A stretch of DNA of 64,000 nt from Candidatus Sulfomarinibacteraceae bacterium (GCA_963741385.1 CAVUHO010000003.1:435935-499934), one strand, 5' to 3'. Counted from the first letter of the stretch, positions 10,668 through 19,363 are shown. The notes: generated from the letters alone by a model not told the origin. Made by a program: numbers and translations.

Positions 10668-10720
10668 GGTGGGGGGTTGGGTGGAAAAATCCGAAATCCG
10701 AAATCCGAAATCCGAAATTC
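10668..10720. repeat. solo half-element: G-rich core remnant plus (AAATCCG)x4 arm
   Basis: GTCGGTGGGGGGTTGGGTGGAAAAATCCGAAATCCGAAATCCGAAATCCGAAATTC. There is no left arm. It abuts the helicase stop codon (10724). Confidence 0.85.
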
Positions 10721-10723
10721 TCC

Positions 10724-13339
10724 CTACGTCCCAATCCGCGTCACCGTCACCAACGGCCCATCCACCCTGGCGTTGTCCGAGAGATCGACCTTGCCCTCGA
10801 TGCACCACAGGTTGTCGTCGGCGGGGTCGAGCAGGACCTGCACGACCTGCCAGGCGTGGTCGCCGACTTCGGTGATCTGGGTGTGCTCCGCGAGGCGGGC
10901 GTTGTGGTCGAACCGGAGCTCGTCGTAGGCGGCGAAGAACGGCTCCAACGCCCGCGAGAAATCATCCTCGGTGACCAACGCCGCCGGTGTATCGGGGTCG
11001 TTCCGTACCGAGTCGGCGGCCTCTTCCCAATCGCGCCGCGCCAGCGCCGCCACCAGTTGGTGGAGGTCAGCGCGCAGCCGCGACGCGAGGGCCCCGGGAT
11101 TCGAGCGCAGTTCGCGCACCGCCAACAGCCTCTGCGCGACCCTCCGTTCGTCGGGCGTCTCGAGCAGGAGCTCGGGGTGCCGCATGGACTCCCACTCGTC
11201 GATCAGACTGGTGTCGACCCGCTCGAGCATGGCGCGGAAAAATGCGATCACGTCACGTACGCCTGCGGTCTTGATCTGGTCCGGGAGGTTCTGGTCGAGG
11301 GTCTTGTAGACCTGTGAAAGATAGCGCAGGAGGACGCCTTCGGATCGTTGGAGTCCGTAGCGCCGGACGTAGTCGGTAAAGCCCAGGTAGTCCTCGTACA
11401 TCTCCCGCGCAACCGACTTGGGTTGGACGACATCGCCGCCGACCCACGGGTGATCACGGAGGAAGTGATCGAAGGCAGCGTGGATGTAGTCGGCGAGGGG
11501 CTGTGGGTGGGTCACCTCGTCGAGCCGGTTCATTCGTTCGTCGTACGAAACACCCTCGGCTTTGAGCCGGTTGATGAGGTCGGTCTTCAGGCGGTCCACC
11601 TGCCGTCTGAGGACGATCACCGGGTCCTCGAGCACCGACTCCACCAGACTCAACAGGTCGAGGGCGTGCTCCGGGTTTTCGGGATCGAGACCCTCGGTCG
11701 CCTGAATGAGAAAGAGCGACAGGTTGTGAAACAGCGAGAAATCGACCTGCAGATCCTCGTCGACCACCACCCACAGATAGTGGCCGGCGGTGTCGGGCAC
11801 CATGCGAATGATGCCGGCGCGGTAGAGCGACCGCGCCAGCTGAGCTGCGCGCTCGAGATGCGACTTCTTGCCCGCATCGTCATCGTGGCAGTTGGCGATG
11901 AGCTGGCGAACGGAGTGGAAATTCCCGGCGGCGGGGTCGTTGGCAGCCGCGTCGCGCTGCAGCAGATCGACCAGCATGCCGGGGGTGATGCGGAACCGGG
12001 AGACCAACTTTTCGGGCGGGTCGACGATGAGCTTTTTGAACGTCTCCTCGGACCACGAGATCTCGCCCGGGCGAGGCGCCGTTTTCCCGGTCTTGCGCTT
12101 TTTGTTCGGGTTGGCCGCCGCCTTGCGTTGTTCCTTGAGACGTTCGATCACCTCTTCGGGGGCCTGACACACCACGCTGCCCTGGTCGTCGAAACCCTTG
12201 CGCCCGGCGCGGCCCGCGATCTGTTTGAACTCGCGCACCTTGAGCCGTGCCACCTTGCGGCCGTCAAACTTGGCGAGCTTGGTGAACAGCACGGTCCGCA
12301 GCGGGATGTTGATGCCGACCCCGAGGGTGTCGGTTCCCGAGATCACCTTGAGCAGACCGGCCTGGGCCAGTTGCTCCACCTGAAGGCGGTACTTCGGCAA
12401 CAGGCCGGCGTGGTGGACGCCGATGCCGAAACCGAGGAAGCGCTTGAACTCCTTGCCGTACGGGGTGTCGAAACGGGTGTTGCCGACGGCCTCGCGGATG
12501 GCGGTCTTCTCTTCTTTGGTCGTCAGCTGCATGCTGGTCAGTTTCTGGGCGGTTTCGGCGCAGTCACGCTGCGTGAAGTTGACCAGGTAGATGGGCGCCT
12601 TGGACTCGCCCGCGAGTTCTTCGATGGTCTCGTGGAGCGGCGTCTCCCGGTACGAGAAATCGAGCGGCACCGGCCGGTCGGAGGATTGAACGAGTGCCGA
12701 TGTGCGGTCGCTCCGTTCCTCAAGCTGTTCCATGATCGAGGTCATGTCGCCGAGGGTTGCCGACATCAGGAGGAACTGGGTGCGCGGCAGGGTGATCAGC
12801 GGCACCTGCCACGCCCACCCGCGGTCGCGGTCGGCGTAGTAGTGGAACTCGTCCATGATCACGTACGGTGCCTCGAGGTCCGGGCCCAGCCGCAGAGAGA
12901 GGTTCGCCAGGACCTCGGCGGTACAGCAGATCACCGAAGCCTCCGGGTTGATGCTGGCGTCGCCGGTGAGCATGCCCACGTTGTCGGCGCCGAGCTCGGC
13001 GCACAGTGCGAAGAACTTCTCGCTCGCCAGGGCCTTGATCGGCGTCGTGTAGTAGCTGCGCCGGCCCTCGCACAGGCCGCGGAACTGCAACCCGAGCGCT
13101 ACCAGCGACTTACCGGATCCTGTCGGGGTGTCGAGCACGACGTGGCGGTCGGCCATGAGCTCGAGCAGCGCCTCTTCCTGCGCCGGGTAGAGCTCGAAAC
13201 CGGTGTCCGCGACCCAGCCGAGAAAGAGATCGAGGATGGTGTCCGGATCGTGCGTTCCGCCTTGAGGGATGCGCGATCCGAGCGAGGCGATCGTGGACGC
13301 AGCGCCGTCGCCGTCGGTCGTGATCGTTTCGTCGGACAT
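10724..13339 (-). CDS. DEAD/DEAH-box (Ski2-like) helicase with large C-terminal DUF3516-type region
   Basis: 871 aa. Walker A DTPTGSGKS, DEFH box, SAT motif, and the helicase C motif HHAGLLP..QIAGRAGRKG. Confidence 0.9.
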   Translation of the reverse strand: MSDETITTDGDGAASTIASLGSRIPQGGTHDPDTILDLFLGWVADTGFELYPAQEEALLELMADRHVVLDTPTGSGKSLVALGLQFRGLCEGRRSYYTTPIKALASEKFFALCAELGADNVGMLTGDASINPEASVICCTAEVLANLSLRLGPDLEAPYVIMDEFHYYADRDRGWAWQVPLITLPRTQFLLMSATLGDMTSIMEQLEERSDRTSALVQSSDRPVPLDFSYRETPLHETIEELAGESKAPIYLVNFTQRDCAETAQKLTSMQLTTKEEKTAIREAVGNTRFDTPYGKEFKRFLGFGIGVHHAGLLPKYRLQVEQLAQAGLLKVISGTDTLGVGINIPLRTVLFTKLAKFDGRKVARLKVREFKQIAGRAGRKGFDDQGSVVCQAPEEVIERLKEQRKAAANPNKKRKTGKTAPRPGEISWSEETFKKLIVDPPEKLVSRFRITPGMLVDLLQRDAAANDPAAGNFHSVRQLIANCHDDDAGKKSHLERAAQLARSLYRAGIIRMVPDTAGHYLWVVVDEDLQVDFSLFHNLSLFLIQATEGLDPENPEHALDLLSLVESVLEDPVIVLRRQVDRLKTDLINRLKAEGVSYDERMNRLDEVTHPQPLADYIHAAFDHFLRDHPWVGGDVVQPKSVAREMYEDYLGFTDYVRRYGLQRSEGVLLRYLSQVYKTLDQNLPDQIKTAGVRDVIAFFRAMLERVDTSLIDEWESMRHPELLLETPDERRVAQRLLAVRELRSNPGALASRLRADLHQLVAALARRDWEEAADSVRNDPDTPAALVTEDDFSRALEPFFAAYDELRFDHNARLAEHTQITEVGDHAWQVVQVLLDPADDNLWCIEGKVDLSDNARVDGPLVTVTRIGT

Positions 13340-14320
13340 TCAGACCCGCATCCCGTCGAGACGACCGCCGACGATCTGTCGCGCTTCCTCCATGATGGTG
13401 TCCATGAGCTCGCGTACGGTGGGGATGTCGTGAACCAGCCCCACCGATTGTCCGGCCGGCATCAGCCCGACGTCGATCTCACCGTCCTTCAGCATGCGCA
13501 GACCGTTCTTGCCGGTGACCAGGGGGGCGAGCTCCGCGATCCCGGCGCCGTGACTCTCCAATTCGACGACCTTTTCCGCAACCTCGTTGCGCAGCACCCG
13601 TTCGGTGTTGCGCAGTGACCGCATCACGAACATGGTGTCGGTCTCGGTTGCCTCAACCAGCCAGTTCTTGACGTTGATGTGGGCCGGGGCCTCCTGCGTG
13701 GCGACGAAACGGGTGCCGAGATTCATGGCCTCGGCGCCCAGCGCCAGCGCCGCCACCAGACCGCGGGCGTCGGCAAAACCTCCCGAGGCGATCACCGGGA
13801 TTTTGACCGCATCGACCGTCACCGGGATCAACACCAACGAGGTCACATCGTCTTCGCCGGGGTGGCCGGCGCACTCGCAGCCGTCGATGCTGACGAAGTC
13901 GCAGCCGATCGACTCCGCCTTCCTGGCGAACCGCACTGAGGTGCACTTGTGGATGACCTTGGCGCCGCCCGCCTTGATTCGTTCGATGTAGGGCTCGGGA
14001 TTGCGTCCGGCGGTCTCGACGATCGTGATGCCCTCGTCGACGATCACGTCGATGAGGCTGCCGTAGTCCTTGGGCACCAGGGTCGGGAGAAAGGTCAGGT
14101 TGACCCCGAAAGGCCGATCGGTGAGCGCCCGGGTCCGGGCGATGGCGTCTGCGAGCCCCTCGGCAGTCTCGAACGTGAGAGCAGTGAGAACCCCGAGCCC
14201 GCCGGCTTCCGACACCGCCGCCACCAGCTCCGGCTGCGACACCCACATCATCCCGCCCTGAATGATCGGGTGGTCGATACCGAGTTCCTCGGTCACCCTG
14301 GTCCTGAATACCTGCTTCAT
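13340..14320 (-). CDS. nitronate monooxygenase / FabK-like NAD(P)H-dependent flavin oxidoreductase
   Basis: GIDHPIIQGGMMWVS...VIASGGFADARG...GAEAMNLGTRF is the NMO family pattern. Start reset to ATG 14320, preceded by GAGGGAGAA. The stop abuts the helicase start. Confidence 0.85.
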   Translation of the reverse strand: MKQVFRTRVTEELGIDHPIIQGGMMWVSQPELVAAVSEAGGLGVLTALTFETAEGLADAIARTRALTDRPFGVNLTFLPTLVPKDYGSLIDVIVDEGITIVETAGRNPEPYIERIKAGGAKVIHKCTSVRFARKAESIGCDFVSIDGCECAGHPGEDDVTSLVLIPVTVDAVKIPVIASGGFADARGLVAALALGAEAMNLGTRFVATQEAPAHINVKNWLVEATETDTMFVMRSLRNTERVLRNEVAEKVVELESHGAGIAELAPLVTGKNGLRMLKDGEIDVGLMPAGQSVGLVHDIPTVRELMDTIMEEARQIVGGRLDGMRV

Positions 14321-14427
14321 GATTCTCCCTCGATGGCTGCGCGCCGAATCAGGCAAGAAGGTAGCATGACGGCTCCGAAAGCTCGGAAGCGCATGCTGGA
14401 GATCGAAGCCAGTCAGCACTGGCCGGC

Positions 14428-14459
14428 AATTCAAAATTGAGAATTCAAAATTCAAAACT
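14428..14459. repeat. heptamer array AATTCAA AATTGAG AATTCAA AATTCAA AACTC
   Basis: 7-nt periodicity read directly from the sequence. The same unit type occurs at 21562-21599 and 54769-54797. Confidence 0.85.
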
Positions 14460-14497
14460 CTCAACTGAACGGCGCCGAACAGCGCCGTTCAGTTGAG
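14460..14497 (-). terminator. perfect 16-bp hairpin overlapping the pentapeptide-gene stop, followed on the minus strand by a T-rich heptamer tail
   Basis: CTCAACTGAACGGCGC-cgaaca-GCGCCGTTCAGTTGAG. On the minus strand it is followed by AGTTTTGAATTTTGAATTCTCAATTTTGAATT. Confidence 0.6.
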
Positions 14498-15550
14498 GTA
14501 GTACTCCTGAAGCATCGTCAGCAAGACCGCCTCCCGGTCCGCCGGCCGGACCAATGGGTCTTCTTCGATCTGGGCGCGGAAGCCGGCCACGATCCGCGGG
14601 TCGACCATTTCCAGCACGTCCTCAGGGCGGGAGATACCGCCTTGACGGCGCAGCGCGGCGGCCGTGCCCGAGGGCAGCCCATCGGTGTTGACGAACCACG
14701 CCCTCTCGGCCTTGCCGGGCTCGATGCGGGCGCCGGTCAGGTTGGCCCCCGTGAGGTTGACGTCGTGCATGCTTTCCACGTCGCCGAAGTCGGACCCGAC
14801 CGCCGAGGCGAGGGTGAAGTCGGCGCGGTCGAAGCGCGCAGACGGGAACTTCGAAGCAAAGAGGTTGGCCTGGGCGAGCTCGGCGCCGGCGAAGTTGGCG
14901 AGCGTGAGGTCGTCGAGCTGGGTGAGGGAAGCATCCACCAGCACGGTGTCCTCGAAGACGGCGCCCACCCCGTGGATTCCGGTGAGGATTGCGCTGGACA
15001 GCACGGCCTGATTGAACGAGGCGCGGCTGACGTCCGCGTTCTTGAGATTGGCGCGGGGCATCTCGGCGAGTCGGAAGTTGGCGTCGGACAGATTGCAGTC
15101 CGAAAAATCGGTGCCCGTGAGTTCGGCCCCCGAAAAGTCAGCGGCCCGGAGATCGAGCCCCGACAGGTCGCGGTGGGCAAGGTTGTAGGTCAAAAAGTGG
15201 GTGGCCCTGCGGAGGGCGTTGAACTGACTGACGTCGCCGTTGCGCAGCAGGGTCATCGCGTAGTCCATGTGGTGAGCATAGAGCCGCGGCATGTACTGGA
15301 GGGCGAGGTAGTGGCTGAGTTCGAACGGGACTCCGTCTTTCATGGCGTTGGTCGCCGCCGCCAACTCGTCCTCCAGCAGGGTGGCTATCTCGTCGATCTG
15401 GTGGTTGTGGAAGCTGCGTTGGAGATGGTTGACGCGAAGCAGGCCATTGACCTCGTTGTACGCCATGGAGCCGACCGCGGTCGCCGCGATGCCCAGAATG
15501 AAGCCGAAGATCATGCCTTCCCAACGCCCCAATCGATCGATGAAGGTCAT
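14489..15550 (-). CDS. pentapeptide-repeat protein with N-terminal TM helix
   Basis: Long A(D/N)LxG-type repeats (LSGLDLRAADFSGAELTGTDFSDCNLSDANFRLAEM...). N-terminal helix MIFGFILGIAATAVGSMAY. Start reset to ATG 15550 after AAGGAGAA. Confidence 0.85.
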   Translation of the reverse strand: MTFIDRLGRWEGMIFGFILGIAATAVGSMAYNEVNGLLRVNHLQRSFHNHQIDEIATLLEDELAAATNAMKDGVPFELSHYLALQYMPRLYAHHMDYAMTLLRNGDVSQFNALRRATHFLTYNLAHRDLSGLDLRAADFSGAELTGTDFSDCNLSDANFRLAEMPRANLKNADVSRASFNQAVLSSAILTGIHGVGAVFEDTVLVDASLTQLDDLTLANFAGAELAQANLFASKFPSARFDRADFTLASAVGSDFGDVESMHDVNLTGANLTGARIEPGKAERAWFVNTDGLPSGTAAALRRQGGISRPEDVLEMVDPRIVAGFRAQIEEDPLVRPADREAVLLTMLQEYYLN

Positions 15551-15575
15551 GGCGGTTCTCCTTGCGACGATGGTA

Positions 15576-15637
15576 GCAGGAGGGCGGGGGAGCGGGGGAG
15601 AAAGGGAGAAAGGGAGAAAGGGAGCAGGGGAGAGGGC
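15576..15637. repeat. polypurine ~8-nt array (GGGAGAAA-like, about 6 units)
   Basis: GGGGGAGC GGGGGAGA AAGGGAGA AAGGGAGA AAGGGAGC AGGGGAGA. GGGAG recurs every 8 nt from 15596 to 15632. Confidence 0.85.
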
Positions 15638-15669
15638 TGCCGGGATGGGAAGCACCTGAATACGAAACC

Positions 15670-15765
15670 ATGAGCCTCACGGAAATCGAGACCAAGAACG
15701 ACCAGACGGCTCGCACCCTTGGCAACGACCGCATCGTCGACACACACGGCAGAACGACGCGATTC
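15670..15765 (+). pseudogene. orphan 5' stub of a Ser/Thr kinase paralogue
   Basis: MSLTEIETKNDQTARTLGNDRIVD aligns with the kinase N-terminus MAATEIETMKNLSGRTLGHYRIVE. The DNA also aligns (ACGGAAATCGAGAC...CGCACCCT.GGC.AC.ACCGCATCGTCGA). The similarity stops before the GxGxxG loop. Confidence 0.5.
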
Positions 15766-15800
15766 GTCGTCCAATGGAGATTCCGGGGGAGTTCAGCGGG

Positions 15801-16694
15801 TCAGGGCTGTTGTCGGCACGGCTCGCTGAGGATCCTGGTCTCGATGATCTTGGTCGGCAGGAGCTTGTGCATCACCAGCTTTGCAGTGTACATGTCCTTC
15901 ATGGGACCGATGCGAAGCTTGTACAGCGGAAGCACACCGTCGTCTTCGACGGTGATGACTTCTTGTTGAAGGAGAGGAAATCCCAACTCGTCGAGTTCGG
16001 TTTGGGTGGTCTCAACCAGTTTGAGATCGCTGGTCCGGAGCACCTGCACCCAGTACCAGAGGCACGGGGACTCTCCTGCCGGACCGCTCGCCGCGTTCGA
16101 TGAGCCGCCGCCTTCGCTCGTTGGTTCCTCTGAGCCGGTCGTGACCCTCTTATTGGCGAAGTCCACCTTGATCCGAGCGGGCGCATCGGGCGTGACAACG
16201 ACCTTGGTCTGAAGCAGCGCCCCGAACCTCTCGAACCACAGGTTGTGCTCACCGGCTGGAACGTCGAGGATGGTCACGAGCGGCTCTTCCTTTTCGGTCC
16301 AACGATTTCCGATTCTCAATGTGCAGTCCACCGGTACCGAGGTGACCTCGATCCTTCCGACCGGTTTCTCGTCCTTGTTCGTCGAAGTGCCCCCTTCAAC
16401 GCTGAAGGTAGGGCGCGGTGACAGCTCGCCGACCACGATCTGCTGTGAGATCACGCCGACAACCACCAGGAACTCCGCGGGCAGGAAACCGTTCTTTTCG
16501 ATCCTCACGGTGTGGTTGCCAGCGCTGAGCTCCGTGAGACGCTTCCCGTTCGCCGCCGATTCGCACATCCCGGCGCGCGTCCCGTCGAGGAAGATCTCAA
16601 GCCCGGGCGGGCACGTGAGCAGCACATCTCCTGCATTCGCCGAAGCGATCATGCCGAGGCACAAAACCAACGAAATCAACCGGGCAGCCCGCAT
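15801..16694 (-). CDS. secreted PEGA-domain protein with C-terminal SPOR-like domain
   Basis: Signal peptide MRAARLISLVLCLGMIASANA. PEGA-like segments (LEIFLDGTRAG; HTVRIEKNGF; CTLRIGNRW). C-terminal YWVQVLRTSD...LYKLRIGPM resembles SPOR. Start reset to 16694 after GGGAGG. Confidence 0.65.
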   Translation of the reverse strand: MRAARLISLVLCLGMIASANAGDVLLTCPPGLEIFLDGTRAGMCESAANGKRLTELSAGNHTVRIEKNGFLPAEFLVVVGVISQQIVVGELSPRPTFSVEGGTSTNKDEKPVGRIEVTSVPVDCTLRIGNRWTEKEEPLVTILDVPAGEHNLWFERFGALLQTKVVVTPDAPARIKVDFANKRVTTGSEEPTSEGGGSSNAASGPAGESPCLWYWVQVLRTSDLKLVETTQTELDELGFPLLQQEVITVEDDGVLPLYKLRIGPMKDMYTAKLVMHKLLPTKIIETRILSEPCRQQP

Positions 16695-17015
16695 TGGATC
16701 CGACCTCCCACGGTGCGCCGACCTCAGCGCACCCGATTTCCGCCGACTGATAATAACTCCGCCGCGATGGTGTCTGGACGGGTCAATCCGTGAATCTTCC
16801 AATGCCACACCGTTCCCGACACACCGACAACTCGAGAACGACTCTGACCCTGGGCTGACCTGCAAACCCCTCCGGGCACGGCACCTCGCTGCCCTCGCGA
16901 CGGAACCCGGCGAGAAATGCAGGCCAAAACCCAACCGGTCCGCTCGGTTTGTGGGTCCGACGCAGGGTAGGTTTCAGCCCAGGGTGCGGGGACGTGAGGC
17001 CCTGTTTGCGGTACC

Positions 17016-19277
17016 ATGGCGGCAACGGAAATCGAGACAATGAAAAATCTGTCGGGTCGCACCCTCGGCCACTACCGCATCGTCGAGCAAATCGGCGCCG
17101 GCGGAATGGGTGTGGTTTACCGCGCGCATGACGAGAGGCTGGATCGGGATGTGGCGATCAAGGCGCTGCCGGAGGGGGTGGCCGGTGACCCAGATCGATT
17201 GAGCCGCTTTGAACGCGAAGCCCGGGCGGTGGCTCAGCTCGACCATCCGAATATTCTCGCCATTCACGACTTCGGGTCGGAGGACGGCACGGTCTACGCG
17301 GTCATGGAGCTCTTGGACGGGGAGTCGCTGCGCCAGGTGATCGCGAAGGGCGGCCTCACCAGCGGCAAGGCAGTGGAGTATGCACGGGCGATCGTCGACG
17401 GTCTCGCTGCGGCGCACGACAAAGGGATCATCCACCGGGACCTCAAACCGGAGAATGTTTTCCTGACCCGCGACGGCCGCATCAAGATTCTCGACTTCGG
17501 GCTGGCTCGAATCAAACAGATGGTTGACCACGAGGCCGAAACGGTCACATTCTCCCCAGAGGGGACGGCCGTGGGCACCGTCCTGGGCACCGTCGGGTAC
17601 ATGTCCCCCGAGCAGGCCGAGGGTCGGCCCGTCGATGCCCTCAGCGATCTCTTCAGTCTTGGCGTGGTGTTGTACGAGATGCTGACCGGCCGGCGTCCGT
17701 TCATGGGGGACACGGCCGCGGCCACACTGGCCGCACTGTTGCGTGACGACCCACCGCCAATGACGGGTGTCGATCCGAAGCTCGCGCGGCTGGTCGAACG
17801 GAGTCTGCGAAAGAACGCCTCCGAACGATTCCAGTCGGCCGCCGATCTGAGGTCGGCCATCGACGACTGCGTGGCTCCATCCGGCGACCGCGAGTCCGCC
17901 TCGATCGCGGTGCTGCCGTTCCACAACATGTCCGGCGCCGCGGAGGACGAGTATCTCTGTGAGGGGTTGACCGAAGAGATCATCAACGTGTTGACGCGGA
18001 TCCCCGGTCTGCGCGTCATCGCCCGCACCTCCGTTTTCGCGGTGGGCCGCATGGGCCTCGACGTGCGCGAAATCGGGGCGAGGCTGGACGTGGGCACGAT
18101 CCTCGAAGGCAGCGTGCGGCGTTCGGGACAACGGGTGCGGATCACGGCTCAGCTCGTCTCTTCGGGCGATGGCGGGCACCTATGGAGCGAGCGCTTCGAC
18201 CGCGAGCTGACCGACGTGTTCGCGCTCGAGGACGAGATCGCCGAGGCGATCGCTGAGCGACTGCGGGTCGGACTCAATCGTGAGGACGGGGCGTCACGGC
18301 GCCCCGCTGTCGACGCCGAGGCGCACAACGCTTTTCTCGAGGGCCGGTACCACCTCGCCCGGGGAACCCCGCAGGCCCTGGCGCAGGCGATGGCGTGTTT
18401 CGAGCGCGCAATTGCCCGCGACCCGGGCTTCGCGCTGGCCTTTGACTCGCTCGCCGAGGTGTACTGGTACCTCGGTTTCTTTGGTGGTCTACTTCCAAGG
18501 GACGCTTTCTCGCAGGGCACCTGGCACGCCCTGCGCGCTCTGGAACTCGACGACACTCTGGCCGAAACGCACGCGCTGTTGGCAATGCTTCGCAAGGAGC
18601 TCGACTACAACTGGGCGGAGGTCGATCACGAACTTCGCCGCGCCCGCGAGCTCAACCGGGAGTCGCCGATTGTGCGCTTGCGCTACGCCATCAGCGGCCT
18701 CCTGCCCCACGGGCGTATCGACGCGGGTGTGGAGGAAATCGAGGGCGTCCTGCAGAGCGATCCCCTGTCGATTGTCGTGCGCTGGTGGTTGGCCATCATG
18801 TTGTATCTGGCTCGCCGCCCGGACCGCATGATCGACGAGGGACACCGCATGATCGCGCTCGACCCGAACCATTTCCTGGGCCACTGGGTCGTCGGTGTGG
18901 CGTGCAGCGAACGCGATCGCGCCCGACGACGCGGTGGCAGCGCTTCGAGCGGGCGCACGAGCTGTCGGGTGGGATCCCCTTCACCCTCGGGTTCCTGGCC
19001 TACGGGCTGGGGCGGGCGGGGCGGACGGACGACGCGGGCAGGCTGCTGGCTCAAGCAGAGGCTATGGCGAAGGACGGTTACCTGTCCCCGTTCGCCATCG
19101 CCATCAGCCACGCTGGTCTTGGCGACTGGGATGCAGGCCTTCGAGTGGTGGAACCGGGCGATCGATGTCCGTGATCCACTAATCGTGCCGATCAAGAACC
19201 TCCCCATCTTCGATCCAGTGCGGAACGACCCCCGCTATCCCCCGATGTTGCGCCGCATGAACCTCGCGGAGGACTGA
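17016..19277 (+). CDS. Ser/Thr protein kinase with juxtamembrane-like module and C-terminal TPR region (possible frame disruptions at 18.92-19.14 kb)
   Basis: IGAGGMGVVYRA, HRDLKPENV, DFGLAR, GTVGYMSPEQ. Followed by IAVLPFHNMSG...EGLTEEIINVLTRIPGLRVIARTS and TPR-like repeats. Confidence 0.85.
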   Translation: MAATEIETMKNLSGRTLGHYRIVEQIGAGGMGVVYRAHDERLDRDVAIKALPEGVAGDPDRLSRFEREARAVAQLDHPNILAIHDFGSEDGTVYAVMELLDGESLRQVIAKGGLTSGKAVEYARAIVDGLAAAHDKGIIHRDLKPENVFLTRDGRIKILDFGLARIKQMVDHEAETVTFSPEGTAVGTVLGTVGYMSPEQAEGRPVDALSDLFSLGVVLYEMLTGRRPFMGDTAAATLAALLRDDPPPMTGVDPKLARLVERSLRKNASERFQSAADLRSAIDDCVAPSGDRESASIAVLPFHNMSGAAEDEYLCEGLTEEIINVLTRIPGLRVIARTSVFAVGRMGLDVREIGARLDVGTILEGSVRRSGQRVRITAQLVSSGDGGHLWSERFDRELTDVFALEDEIAEAIAERLRVGLNREDGASRRPAVDAEAHNAFLEGRYHLARGTPQALAQAMACFERAIARDPGFALAFDSLAEVYWYLGFFGGLLPRDAFSQGTWHALRALELDDTLAETHALLAMLRKELDYNWAEVDHELRRARELNRESPIVRLRYAISGLLPHGRIDAGVEEIEGVLQSDPLSIVVRWWLAIMLYLARRPDRMIDEGHRMIALDPNHFLGHWVVGVACSERDRARRRGGSASSGRTSCRVGSPSPSGSWPTGWGGRGGRTTRAGCWLKQRLWRRTVTCPRSPSPSATLVLATGMQAFEWWNRAIDVRDPLIVPIKNLPIFDPVRNDPRYPPMLRRMNLAED

Positions 19278-19363
19278 TGATGATCGGCACCACCCTCGGC
19301 CATAACCGCATCCAGGCGCTGCTCGAGGAGTGCGATGCGCCGTTCAAACGTGAAACGTTCTAG
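19277..19363 (+). pseudogene. second kinase 5' stub (28 codons), start overlapping the kinase stop
   Basis: MMIGTTLGHNRIQALLEE... The DNA ACCCTCGGCCATAACCGCATC compares with the kinase ACCCTCGGCCACTACCGCATC. The stub is cut off by the AACGTT array. Confidence 0.35.

Noticed and set aside
11348-13618. 756-aa plus-strand ORF opposite the helicase and NMO genes
   Set aside because: Same shadow-ORF behaviour. The opposite strand encodes a helicase with complete Walker A, DEFH, SAT and motif VI.
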